Positions 43,675 to 56,721 of a DNA stretch of 64,000 nucleotides are shown piece after piece. The stretch's first letter is position 1. The number at the start of each line of letters is the position of its first letter. The notes beneath the pieces are model-generated. The model searched no databases and was not told where the DNA came from. It was given only the letters and a program-made list of their open reading frames with translations. The DNA comes from Octopus vulgaris (lineage: Eukaryota), in NCBI GenBank assembly GCA_951406725.2, contig OX597819.1, positions 119,598,001 to 119,662,000 of the forward strand. The letters are read 5' to 3'. A program made the position numbers and the translations under genes.

Positions 43675-43949
43675 GAAATATTGAAATGGATTCTGAAAGC
43701 CAGGAATATTTTTTTGCTGTGAACTATTGCATTTAACATTTTGGTTTTATGTTTGCAAATGTTTGTTTTTTTACGTTGATATTATTGCAATGAGAAATGA
43801 TTTGAGAAAAGTGGGACAGTGTTGTACTTATATTCTTGTGGCGACATGATAACCCTCCTCCTGTTGATACTGTTCTAAATTGTTTTGAAAGTCACATGAG
43901 ATTCTAAAGATCTATAAATTTATGTCAGCTTTGGGGTTTTATCGAACAG

Positions 43950-45600
43950 TACAAATATCTCGTCGATGCAAAAACAATAAATAGGCAGACCAGCAATATT
44001 TCTGTTCCTTGTAAATCGACAAATTGTACAATTATACGCAAGAGGTCGATTTAAACTATTTGCGTAATATAGCGGACCATATTCTATGATGCTGAAAGTT
44101 TCCTTAGACCAAGTGATGAAAGATGCTTTAGCCCAACTGACAAAATCACTGAACTGAGAAACATGTGTTTCATTCAACGGACGACGTTTCCACTTATTTC
44201 AGCATTGAATACAATGCTAACGGAAATAAATACAAATATGATAGTAAGAAGTGATTTCTTCGTTTATTAGTATCACTTAGAATATTTCCAGTCTGTTCAC
44301 CATTTGCATCATCTTTCAATGCAGGCGATTTCATGTTTCTCGCTCTATCCCTTATCTTCTCGTCATAGAATATTATTTCTCGCGAGTATTTCAAACCTGT
44401 TATTGGTACAAACATTGAATTTGATATGTAATTACTCTTACAAGTAGTTGGCGGATGTCAAATTAGTTTAAACACTGGGAAACATAATTATATGTATACT
44501 CATATCTCTTTAACATTTGTGTTCAAACCTCGCTAGGGAACTATTTATAATTCTTCTGATGGTTATTAAATAAATAATTAAATACCGGTGTAGATGTAAT
44601 ATTCTATATCATCTAACAAAATGTGCACACTTATGCATAAGATGAAAGTATGATGAAGATGAATACCTATATTTGGAACTCAAATTCCATTGTGTTCAAG
44701 TGCAATTTTATATCATATAACAATGATCAAATAATAACCAACAATAACCTATTTGCTATAGCTAGATAATGTGCAACACATCCTGGTAAAATTATGAACT
44801 ACAAAGAATGCTTTCAGAGAGACAGTAAAGCTACGAATTCAATAACAAAATAAATTTAATTTTCTTCAATGTTGATACAATACGTTTATCACTACTCGGC
44901 TCCTGATAAACACAACATTATCTTCTGTGGGTGCTTTGCTCCACTTCCCTAATCGAAAGTAATGGTTTTGTCTATAATCAAAATCAATCGCGATATTTTA
45001 AGTACATGTGAAAATTTTTAAAAGCTTACAGTATCCTGTATAAACATCAGCTCTCTTTAATATACATTTCGATTTTCTTTCTACGATACAGAGCCATAAT
45101 TCATAGGACATTAAAATAAGATGCATGCAAATCATGTTCTTGTGGAGTATATTGTTGCTGACATTTACTTACAGTTGCTTGGTACGAATATAATTGAACA
45201 GAAAGTTTTTTCCAAAAGAAATATCAATAAAGAAATGTAAAAATGTAGCAATAGCAAGATAGTTATTAAACTCTGTGATTTTTCTCTATAGTTTCGTTGC
45301 AGATATCTGGCGTACGAAAACGATATTATCTTGTAGTTTGGGAATATATTTTTCTTTATCTGTATTCATAACACCAGAGGTAAGAAAATAAATAATATCA
45401 AATAGTTTGGATCTGTTTAGTGCCAAATATTTTTCAGATGCACTTTTTTCTGTTATAGAAATTCAATGACTACTTTTGGCAAGTTTGGCAGGTTTGGCAG
45501 TTTTCAACATATTGCATATTATGTTATTTCTTCTTTATATCAACCAAAAGATAGATATCAATGTTTAAAATTGTCATATGGTTATGAAATAAGTAACAGT
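43950..45600 (+). pseudogene. Decayed GRL101-like LRR-GPCR, the most complete copy (LRR-hinge-7TM)
   Basis: DKITELRNMCFIQRTTFPLISALNTM..SCFSLYPLSSRHRIL..LNLICN (LRR, hinge, TM1) is in one frame with one stop. From 45134, also one frame: MFLWSILLLTFTYSCL..KNVAIAR*LLNSVIF..ITPEVRK*II..FSAKYF (TM5-TM7). DNA homology to 54700-55600 and 57700-58170. Confidence 0.6.
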
Positions 45601-45736
45601 GATTTTTCTCAGAAACCCTTTCACGTATCAGAAAATTATTGTATCCCTGTAATATAACATTTTAAACTAAAAATACACGGGTAGATCAAGTAACGTAGTT
45701 GAGTGTTCTCTTTTATAAAATCTATTTTTCATTTGG

Positions 45737-46153
45737 GGATCTTTTCGGTTCGAACGGCAATTTTTTTGTAGCGGTGTCATATGAAATTGTTATCCATAAT
45801 TATGACCCTAGTATCGATCTATTGCATTTCAATCTGTTTTAGGGTTAGGGTTAGGGTTAATGGTGGGGGTAGCTTTTTTTCTTCACAAATGTAAATAAAC
45901 TCAATCTGTTTCATAAACGAGGGATATAATCATACGGCACAGGATGTTATTTAACTCAATAGACATCATTGATTGGTTGAAATTGCAGAAATTGAAGAAA
46001 AAGAAAAAAAGTATCTTACAAACTATAGAATTTTCTCAATAAACCCAAGAGAAAAAGATGTTTTATAAACACATTCTACCAGTATACGTAGTTTAAAAAT
46101 TTTTAGTTACCTAGAAATTATGTTAGAAACTGCCGTTCAAATAGAAAAGATCC
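45737..46153. mobile_element. Second copy of the (TTAGGG)-bearing MITE
   Basis: Same TIRs and internal sequence as 43256-43674. TSD tcatttgg/tcatttga. Confidence 0.92.
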
Positions 46154-46804
46154 TCATTTGATAATTCATAATTGTTTATCATATTCCTGTCTATGTATAT
46201 TCCCTCACTTTCCCACAAAAGTTTATAATTATTACAGAATAACATTGAAATAATGGATCTCTTATACAGTTTATTACCTAAGTCACGGAATTAAGAAAAA
46301 AACAATTAAATCGAGTTACCTAATTCCATGTGAAATCCTCTCTTATGTTAAGCAGTCAAACTGAATAATGTACTAGAAAGTCATTAGTTGTTTTAATAAC
46401 ATAGGGAAATATTTTCTTTTTGGAATTTCAATCATTTTCCTACTTAAGACATAGATTGTTTCAAAATCTCGCTGGGGTTATGAGTCACCATAGAAATGAG
46501 GATTGCATGTTTGATTCAATAAAACAAAACATAATCATACTATTGAGGTGGGATAGGGGATAGCCATCATTTTTTTTCTTGTAATATGCTGTGTAAAGGA
46601 AAAACTGGTGAGAACACAATGACAGAAGATCGCAAATGTAGGATCTGGAGTCCCGCAACTTAGCCTTTACAAATTTTACCTGAGTTGTATAGTAGATATT
46701 AAATTCTTAGTTGATGTTTATTATTCTTTGTTTTACTTCAAATAAACATTTACCCAGACGGAAGCAAGAATTTTGATGTCACAGTCGTAAATAAATGCCT
46801 CTGT

Positions 46805-47043
46805 GGAGGCGCAATGGCCAAGTGGTTAGGGCAGCGGACTTGCGGTCGGAGGATCGCGGTTTCGATTCCCAGACCGGGCGTTGTGTGTGTTTATTGAGCG
46901 AAAACACCTAAAAGCTCCACGAGGCTCCGGCAGGGGATGGTGGTGATCCCTGCTGTACTCTTTCACCACTCTAAAGGCGGTGCTCCAGCATGGCCGCAGT
47001 CAAATGACTGAAACAAGTACAAAAAAAAAAAAAAAAAAAAAAA
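46805..47043 (+). mobile_element. Chimeric SINE: head of one family joined to the 3' end of another, with poly(A)
   Basis: 46805-46970 matches the GGAGGCGCAATGG family. 46972-47020 (taaaggcggtgctccagcatggccgcagtcaaatgactgaaacaagta) matches the tail of the 58678 family. An A-run of ~23 nt follows. Confidence 0.8.
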
Positions 47044-47079
47044 TATGTGAAATATAATTCATTGCATATCTTAAAAACA

Positions 47080-47920
47080 TACTGGGAATAAAAACTCAAA
47101 ATTAATACACTTAAATGAGGTAAGCAAGTGAAATGCAAATATAAAATCGTGTTGCTTTATTTAATACTCGTATTACAAATAATTGCGCTGCTTATGATAC
47201 AGTATTTGACACAGCATTAACAATCCAATGTATTACAATGTGAAGAACACAATGCATCATTTCAGTTGTACGTTGTAAAATCAAACTTCGCTATGCTTAG
47301 AAATATCACTGACAAGAATATAAATTCCAATGTAAATTCGACGTTTCTAATTTCATAACCAAATATCCTGCTGATAATACTCGCTATTGAAAGCATAGCG
47401 GATCATATATGCACAATTCAGAAGAGAGTTTAATAACGAAATATGAAAATTTGAAGACCACACAGAATATGGAAGAATATCGTGGATTTAATAATCAAAA
47501 AAATAATATAGGCCAGATTTATAACTGCGTATATAACCATCTCGTCTGGCAAGAAAGCTATTGGATTTGGACAAACTTAACAACAGATGCAAATTATAAT
47601 CTCACAAATGTAAAACGATTTCATCTAAAATCGTTATTTAAATATTAAAATATTAAGTTTCATTATATTCACACATTGATTCGAAGGGGTAAATAGAGCT
47701 CTGAGACACAAAATGGACAGTTATGTTAAATAGGATGCATTCGGAATTGCACACAATTTGGTTTAGGTGATGGGAGGTCTTTCTTTTGAGTATGAAGTGT
47801 AGTTGTTTCTTTTTTTAATCTAGAAATGCATATTTGTTGTTAAATGGGAAAATGTTTGAATCGATTTCCATTTTAATTACTAGTATTGTATTTATAAGAT
47901 CTTTTCCCCTGCTTCATGAC
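47080..47920 (-). pseudogene. Decayed GRL101-like 7TM remnant (TM4-TM7 recognisable)
   Basis: FLPDEMVIYAVINLAYIIF.., YILVSDIS (TM6-like) and HWIVNAVSN (TM7-like). DNA homology to 60405-61050. Confidence 0.5.
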
Positions 47921-48067
47921 ACGACTGATCTCAATTGTTAATACATAATATGAAGTAATGACGCAATCGAAATTTTTCGTCGCGTAGACTTTTTATACAA
48001 TTGTTTGTTTTAAGTATTTTGTTAAAAATTCTATTTCAGACCTTGTAGTATCAGTTCTTCAAAACAA

Positions 48068-48120
<53 letters not shown>

Positions 48121-48355
48121 GGTACTGTAAATTTAGAGTGAATACTTGATAAGTGTAAGCACCTGACTCTATGCTGATTGATGATACAGTTTGGGCAAAT
48201 TTTCGAAATCCAATGATTCCTTATACATTTATACATTTAGGAAATTATACAAATATACTTTTTCACGGAGATATGATAAACATATTAGAATGGGTAATAT
48301 TACCTGTACTTTTTATATTTTTTATATTGTGATGTAATCTTTGAACTAACAATGT

Positions 48356-48449
48356 TTGCGGCTGAGGAGAGCTTTTAACCACATTTTATATCATTAATAC
48401 ACTGATGTAATAACGGAATGTTTATAAAGCTTGAAACAGTGTACCGCGA
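48356..48449 (+). ncRNA. Type I hammerhead ribozyme with intact core
   Basis: GCGG-CTGAGGA-GAGCTTT..AAAGCTT-GAAA-CAGT-GTA-CCGC. Stem I is GCGG/CCGC, the core is CUGANGA/GAAA, and the cleavage triplet is GUA. It lies in a ~570-bp segment bounded by (TA)n tracts. Confidence 0.8.
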
Positions 48450-48681
48450 TATCCTTTGTGTTCTGTTTTTAATTTATGTTTGATATATATATGTATGTAT
48501 ATATACATGCATACAAAACACGTGTCGTTATTCTACCAATTATATACGTTTTTATTTCTTTGCAATTTATTCAATCATCGGTATTTTATTGTTATTTTAA
48601 TTTTAATGTTTCTGTTATATGTAATTTCTAGATGGTGTAATTTAATTGTGCATTTTGAATTGATAAAAGGTGTTTTTCTAA

Positions 48682-48739
<58 letters not shown>

Positions 48740-48808
48740 TGTGTGAAATTTGATTAAGTATCTCTAAATTGAATTTTTTCCCTGTAAGTTAGGCTTAATA
48801 TTCCCTCA

Positions 48809-48859
<51 letters not shown>

Positions 48860-49599
48860 TTTATATCGGAGGTGTAGTAGTCTGGCAAAAGATGAAGTCT
48901 GGGACTGCGTGTTGAAATCAAAACATTTCCGTTTACGTCGTATAAGACACATTTTATCTTTTAAAACCACGCAAGAAATATAAATTAAATCAATCATTTA
49001 TTATTTTGCTTCTGAATATTCCCGGAGCTCGCTATGAACTTGTCAATGACAGTCTCACTTTATGTATTAGAAAATAATATAATCATGTAAACAACTGGTG
49101 AGATTATGATATCAATATATTTAAACATTGACGCAACATGCCAGTAGGATTGAATGGTACGGTAGTTTAGAACAGAAGCGATCGATAAAAGATCAGTTGG
49201 ACAATGTAAGTAATGGTTATGGTTTTTATTCTCCCGGAGAGTTCCAATTATTGATATGAAGTACACCAGGTCTGTCGTTGGATTAATCCGACGTTGGGTG
49301 AAATGAAAAGCGGATGTAAGTTGTGCACAGAGACTTCTTTTGCTTCCTGATCACACTACTACTGCTGCTAATAATATCAATGATAATAAGAATTTGCCTG
49401 GAGACAAACATACACATGCGACAGCGTTTACATCGTTCTGACAGAATATATACAATCCCATTACCACTCCTACCACCGCTGCCACCATCACCATTAACAC
49501 CCTACTGGTAATAGCTCGGAGGTAATGCATTGTGGTTCTGTCTTTCATTTCCTTGTCTCTGTCTCTCTCAAGCTGTTATTTCATTATCTGCCTCTTTCT

Positions 49600-51408
49600 A
49601 CGATGCTATATAAGTTCTGCCATTTAACACCTTCCAGGCCGCAGGTCATGATATGAACTAATTTAAAACTTTTCAAAACAAATTCCCCCCCTCCCCTGGA
49701 TGATATCTGGGACGTCTGAACTTCACCCAAGGAACTAGGCAATGGTTAACCCTGTGCACTTATAATACGGCCCTGGATTCTAACCATGGAAATAACCCCT
49801 GAAACCCGTGCCGTTCAAAATAACCGTTCATTAATGACCTTCGATTCTGGCACTGAACGCGAAAAGTCTTTAAATCAGAACCAACCTCCGCAAGGACCTG
49901 TTGCAAATCAAACCTGGAATATTCCCGAAAGTGACGCCCAGGATCAACTACCAAACCTATCTCAAAGAAATAGAAATACAGGGTAGAAATGGACAAAGGA
50001 GGAATATATCGAACTTAATGTATGCTTATTGTTATTCAAAACTAAACCCCGAAACATCAGCCACGGAAAAAGAGACTTACGTAATCTGGAAGTGCAAAAA
50101 CCGCATAGCAGGCGGTACATGGACAGTGATAAACAAGGAGCTGGGAGATGTAATTAGTAAAAGACTAACTGATATCGAAATTGACAAAATAATCAGATCA
50201 GTCACGAGGCAGCTGAGTATAACACACACTCACTTATACCCATCGTCAAAAAGCTCTGAAATCACTAATTCAAACCATCAAACTGGGTACACGAAACCCT
50301 AAAAAGGTGGACCATCAGCTGATACTAAAAACACTATAAATGATCACGTTAGCTATGAACTGTTTCATGGAATACTAGAACAATATCTAATACAAGTAAA
50401 TCAACCTTTCCACGAAAGCGCAGCCCTTGCCAAAATTATTAATACTATATTTTTCTACTTAAAGCAAGCAAAGGAAAAACTAATAAACCGAACAAGTTAA
50501 TAAGAATAATTTACAAGAAAGCGAAGGAAGTACAGATTGAAATCATTAAAAAAAAATTAGAATTAAAAACCAAACGACTGACAAGATACAACAAATTCTC
50601 AGCATTCCACACACAAGACATACTATCGAAGCTGGGCACAGAAAAATTCTCCCGGGAACTGAGGGAAAATACCATTATTGTGAAAACACACCCTCCCCAG
50701 CAGCAAACGGAAGACTTTTTGGAAAACTTTTGGAGTAATCCAAAGGAGTTGAATCAGAATGCCCATTGGGTCAGGGACACAGGAGAGACCAATGCCCGCC
50801 TCAAATATCAAGAATGGTGAGATATAACAACTAAAGAAGTAAAAGCGACGCTCGCTAAGTATAGATAACATTCCAGATTTTTGGCTAAACACTTTAATAA
50901 GCCATGACCACAATGTAGCCGTCGCACTCAATATAGTCATGCACAACCCTGCGAACGCCCCAAAGTTGCTTGCAGAAGAAACTATTAACCCCCTAAAATA
51001 CTGGCCCATAACATGCCTCACCACCATGTATAAATTATTAACATCTATAAGAGGGAATAGAACATGTGAATTCTTGGAAAATAGGAAGTTATTCCAAATG
51101 GAACAAAAGAGACGTAAGAGTACTTCATATGGATGTAAGAACCAATTACTGGTTGACAAAATGGCCATTGAAAATTGTAAATCCAAACGCAGAAACCTTA
51201 ACACGGCTTGGATTAATTACAAGAAGGCTTTTGTCAGTATCCCCCATGCATGGATCATCAATGCCCTGGACATTTACAAGATAGCGCCAACAATTGTGAA
51301 CTTCTTAAAAGTAATCATGAATTCGTGGATAACAACCATCGTTTTAAACCACAAACAAACATTTTAATATCATGCACTGCGCTCTCACTCAACAACAACA
51401 ACAACAAC

Positions 51409-51504
<96 letters not shown>

Positions 51505-51539
51505 AAGAAGAAGAAGGAGGAGGAGGAGGAGGAGGAGGA

Positions 51540-51583
<44 letters not shown>

Positions 51584-51935
51584 TCAGCAGATGACGTTTC
51601 TCTAAAAGAAATGGAGAAACTTTCAAAATACAAAGACCTGAAATAGAGGTAACTCGAATGTGGAATCTAAAATCAGAAACAATTCCCATTATAGTAGGCG
51701 CATTAGGTATGATAAAAAAATATTCAGACAAATACATAACAAAAAACACCAGGACTTAAAAATATATATAACATACAAAAAATTGCACTACTGGGCACTG
51801 CACACATCCTACGCAAAACACTTTCAATACAGTAACCATAAGAGCATCACAGCAAACCACTGCACATAACCGAGGCACACAGAGGTGCGCTCAGTAGTGA
51901 AGTGAAAACGCTATAAAAATAAAACTACTGAATAA
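49600..51935 (+). mobile_element. Degraded R4/Dong-like LINE whose middle is replaced by a compound microsatellite
   Basis: YWPITCLTTMYKLLT and GCKNQLLVDK..NLNTAWINYKKAFVSIPHAWI (RT N-terminal motifs). 51585-51935 is nearly identical to the 3' end of the element at 11165-11520. (AAC)(AAT)(AAG)(GAG) tract at 51390-51583. Confidence 0.85.
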
Positions 51936-51949
51936 TAACTATAATAATA

Positions 51950-52500
51950 TGAATGCAGTATATTGCATAAAAGATTACTTTATATTTTTTCAGATTTTAA
52001 ATAAACAATTTCGGCGCCAATATATCTACACGCCGAATTTACGTATACATTCTTAATTTTTATAATACACATTTGTACAATATTACTAATTAACCATTTC
52101 TCATTTGGTAGCAAATAATAAATAGATTTGCTGTTTGCTATAATTGCAATAATTACAATTCGCCGAACGCTTCTATTTTTTTGTATAGCTATCGTATAGT
52201 CTGTTTATTCCATTTATTTATTGCATATGGCTGTGGAGTAAAAACATTTACTGTATTTCAATTCACATTCTTTAAATACACATGCCATTTGGTAATACGA
52301 AAAATTCTTTCAAATGCAGATATGACCTCTGCTATGTTACAAGCTTGCATTTTCCATATTTCTGCTCTTGTACTTAATAAAATAGAGTTACACTTTCATC
52401 ATTACGATCCAATGACTAGCTATATCGATCTTTAACGTTTTACTTGTTAACTGAGAAACCGGTCGATCGCAATGAAATATTTCGTACCATAATTGCAGTG
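51950..52500 (+). pseudogene. Decayed GRL101-like 7TM remnant (TM4-TM7); its 5' part is possibly at 48870-49320
   Basis: FFQILNK../GANIST.. aligns with 57620-57680 and 62245-62300. HLVIRKILSNADMTSA aligns loosely with PEVRK*IICNILD*FSA of the other copies. Confidence 0.45.
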
Positions 52501-54414
52501 CTGTTATATGAAACATAAAGGAAATAAATTACTATAACTGAGGTTGAGCCGGCGAGCTAGTATAATCGTTTACACGTGGACAAAATACTTTCTCCTGGCT
52601 TTACGCTGAGAATGCGAATTCCGCCAAAAGGAACACCTGTTGGATGAATCATCTACAACATTTCAAATCTTGTGTAGAAAAGTACTGCTAGTGCATGCAT
52701 ATACAGTTGCGTGCGTGCGCACATACACACGAGTACTGTCCGATTCTCCAACCAATCACATACAGCTAGCTGGCATCCAATTGGCGTATCAAGTTTCAGG
52801 CATTTTGATTGGGTTTCGGATAGAAGATTCACAAAAAAGTCACTTCTATTGATTCTTTAATGGCTTTGCGAGGCGAGGTTTTGAATGACCATAGAAAGTG
52901 CCAGCCCTCTAAATGAAAAATTGGGGATTTGTATAAAGGACACACACAGACATTTTGCTGTTTATATATAGAGAGATTCCGAAAGTCATCGAATATTCTA
53001 TAAGGATAAAGTTGAGAATTACATATTACATGTCCCATGCAAACATGCCATAGTGTCACGGGACATGTACACTTATTGGGCAGTTATTATAATCATTTTG
53101 AAGTCATTCTTCTCGTTTTGTTGATGTCTTAACTTTCAGTCGACGACATCTTTAAAAACTACTGTATTTCTATCATCAAGATATTAATAACTAAGCGTTT
53201 CTATATTTTCGTTCGAACCTAGGAATTATTATTGTGTTGCCTCTTCAATTTCTCGTTGGAATTTTTCATGATTTCCTAACAATTTCTTTGTTTTCTTGTT
53301 AATTTACACAGAAACTCATTTTATATGTAAATCCATTGAAAAGAAGGAATCCATTGATCTTAATGCGAAATACTCTGAATAAAGTACGTTACCCCGCATC
53401 AAGTAATTACAGATAACTTTTCAAATTTAAGCTCTGCATCACAGGATTACTGCGAAATTTTCACGGGATTATCATTTGGATTTAAATTATTTTCTCGCAT
53501 TAAATTTCAGGCAGTTTAACGATATTAGAAATGCACAAGGTTTTAATTGGCAGAATAATGTTTACAATATTATCACATATGTTTGTTGATGCCTTTATAC
53601 GAATGTTTTTGAAGTATGTAATCGTAGGAAAAGTTGGGGCATTTTGTGCCAACTAATCTCCCGGGTGAAGGGCAACATATGTGCGTCATTGAATCAAAAT
53701 ATAGGCGCTCACAAGGAGTTGTAACATGTGCAATAAATACCAACATTGTCCACCATAGATATATGTCAGGTACAAAAACATAATTGGGATGGAGCGAAGA
53801 CACAGTTGCGCGAAGTAACAAAATTCTGTGATTTGGAAGTGTACACGTAGCACTGTAATGTACAGGAACTCACATCAAAAGGTCTGAGTTATAAGCTAGA
53901 ATGTAAGAGTTTTTTTCCCAAACAGATGAAATATGCCTTACTCCAAGTTATTAGACTTCTCATCATCATCAATGTATTTAAAACTGTAAATTTGAAAACT
54001 TTTCACACTTTAATATTATTAGTGTTGCCAGAAGTTGGTGAATATCAAAATAGGTTAAACAGTAGGTCAAATACCATTACCCCACTCTCTCTCTCTGTTT
54101 TTTTCTCTCTCTTCTTTCCGTCTCTCTCTCTCACTCTGTTTCTCTCACTTTCTCTGTATATGTATACATGTATATATGTACATACTGTAATTATATATAC
54201 ATATAAATAGGAAGAATATATATATAGGAAGAATTCCCAAAAGAAAAAAAAACGAAGACATTGGCGTAGACAACAAACAGGTGTGTTAGTATAACGCTCG
54301 GGAAGACAAAATTTCTTGAAAGTTTCGAGCCTACGCCCTTCCATAGTAAGGAACACGGAAAGAAAAAAGGAGAGAAAATAAAGAACGTATAGTGGCTGGC
54401 GATATCTCATGGCG

Positions 54415-54449
<35 letters not shown>

Positions 54450-54519
54450 GTGTGTGTGTATGTGTGTGTGTGTGTTTGTGTGTGTATTTATATATATATA
54501 TGTGTGTGTGTGTATATAT

Positions 54520-54553
<34 letters not shown>

Positions 54554-54679
54554 ATTTATATATATACATACGCATTAGTTTTGTTTTCAGAAAATACTAA
54601 GTATGTGTTTAAATATATAATGAAGTATAGGTATAGATACAATGAATTAAAGTGTCCGTCAAACTTTGTGCACTGTAAT

Positions 54680-55610
54680 CTACTTTAGAGACAAATGACA
54701 GTCATAAGATAGGAACGTTATGCATATATTTCTAATTGGATTGGATTTGCGCTTATTTTCAATATTATAGTATACAATATCGATGAAATATGAAGCACAA
54801 ATAACCACTTTACACTAATGAGTTAACACTCCATTAACAAAATTTGGAAAAATTCTTCGTGACAACAAAAGTTTGTGGTATTAAAGCAACGAATTCAATA
54901 ACTAAACATATTTTGTTGTCTTCAACAATGGTCACAGTGATGAACTTCGTACTTCTTCCAACGTTTTCCACCACTTACCTTCAACGTATATCGATTTTTA
55001 TTCATAAGGAGAAGCGGTCATAATACTTTAGTTATACATACTTTCAAAATTTCCATTTTATTGAATATACCACCTCTGTAGAGTTCCCATTTTCTTCTGT
55101 CCTCTTACGATTCATTATCAGAAATTTGCTGCACACCCATGAAAGTTTATTGCAATAAAATGCACTCTCATGTACTTGCAGTTGTTTTGTACAAATGTAA
55201 CTGAACAGAAATCAATAACAAGTGTTAAAATCATTTACTAAAGAAATGTGAAAATGCATCATCATCAAAATAGTTACTTAATTCTAGGATTGTTTTCAGT
55301 CTAAGTTCTGCTGGAGTTATCATAAGTATAACAACAATATTTTGTTGTATTTGGGGAAATAATCATCTTCATCTGCATTTATATTACCAGAGGTAAGAAA
55401 ATAAATTATATGCAATATTTTGGATTAGTTTAGTGCCAAATACTTTTCAGGTGTCCTTTATCTCTCCTTTACAAATTCAATGATTTGTGTTTGGCAGGAT
55501 TGGCAGTCTTGCACATATTGATTTTTTGTTATTTTTCTTTTATACAACCGAAATGTTAAATATCAATTCTTCAAAACGTCATCTGTTTCTGAAGCAATAA
55601 ATAGGGAATT
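54680..55610 (+). pseudogene. Decayed GRL101-like 7TM (TM2-TM7)
   Basis: IWKNSS, KVCGIKATNS (cf. CKVAGFLATFS), FCW (TM6) and FILPEVRK*IICNILD*FSAKYFSGVLY (TM7). Colinear DNA homology with 44700-45600. Confidence 0.55.
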
Positions 55611-56676
55611 TCAGTTTATTTTCTGTAAAGTTTATTTTCTATCAGAAAATGTTGTTCAAGTTAAATTGTATAAACTAACAATTATTTCATAGATCAAATA
55701 TTGTAACAGCTAATTTTGTTAATAAATTAATTCGTATTTCTAAATTTTTAATTACACCACATATCTTTCATAGACTAAAAATATCTCATTTAGTGAGAAT
55801 GATAAATACTTTTTTACTTAATATTATATAAACATCAAATGAGGGTTACACTGAAGTAAATTAAATAATAGCTTGTCTAGCTGAATTATACGTAAAAGAC
55901 GTCATACGTTACGCAATAACGTTCTGAATTATACAATTGAAAATAATCAAACGTTTCAATTACAAGGTTAATTCATTCCCTCTTTTCAAATTTCTGTCAA
56001 TTTCAAACCCAAGCATAACATTTCGAAGGTAACTGAAGAGAAATATCGCATATTTTGATTTTAAACTTTTGAGATGTTGCATGGATATGTGTATTAGAAC
56101 CTCGACGTTTGTTCAACGAAAATGAAAAATAATCGAACCATATACTGTGCGTGGGTTGGAGCAAATATCAATTTTCATCTTGTGCTACTCTGTGTGAGGG
56201 ACACGCTAGTGTAGATGATAGTCACAGAATTACGCAAGTGATTTAGGGTTTGAAGTACTACAACTGAGACACTTCATGATAGAAATAAGTTATACATTTC
56301 TTATTTAGTTCTTATTTCATGTATTTCGAATGAATTTTTGGTCATTCAATAGCAATACCTTAAATTATTTTATTTTTTACATATAATGACCTGAAGGGAT
56401 GCACAGATCTTTGAGAGACACAATACAAAGTTACTTAATTCATTTACTAGTTAAAATTTATTTACCTAATATTTAGTATCAGAGTATTCTATTCTTTTAG
56501 GTGTAGAAATAATTATTTATTGTGACGTATATTTGCCATTTGAATATGGCTAACCCCTAAGGGTGGATGCTACTGTAGTTTGTAGCCCCAGGAAGACACC
56601 TCCTCCAGCTGGCTATATCTGTGCCCTATCAGTATTTGTGAAGGGAAGCCATCCTTCCCGTCTTCAACTTATGATA

Positions 56677-56721
56677 CACACGGACTCGAGTTTCAGGGTA
56701 TTGACCCATCATCGGCGTGTG
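56677..56721 (-). ncRNA. Minimal type I hammerhead motif with one core substitution
   Basis: CACACG-CCGATGA-TGGG(TCAATA)CCCT-GAAA-CTCGAG-TC-CGTGTG. It has a 6-bp stem I, palindromic stem III and a GUC triplet, but the core is CCGAUGA instead of CUGAUGA. Confidence 0.75.

Noticed and set aside
51990-52435. First reading of this block as GPCR TM1-TM3
   Set aside because: DNA alignment to the 57.6-kb copy places it at TM4-TM7. This shows that AT-rich DNA can give chance hydrophobic matches, hence the moderate confidences.
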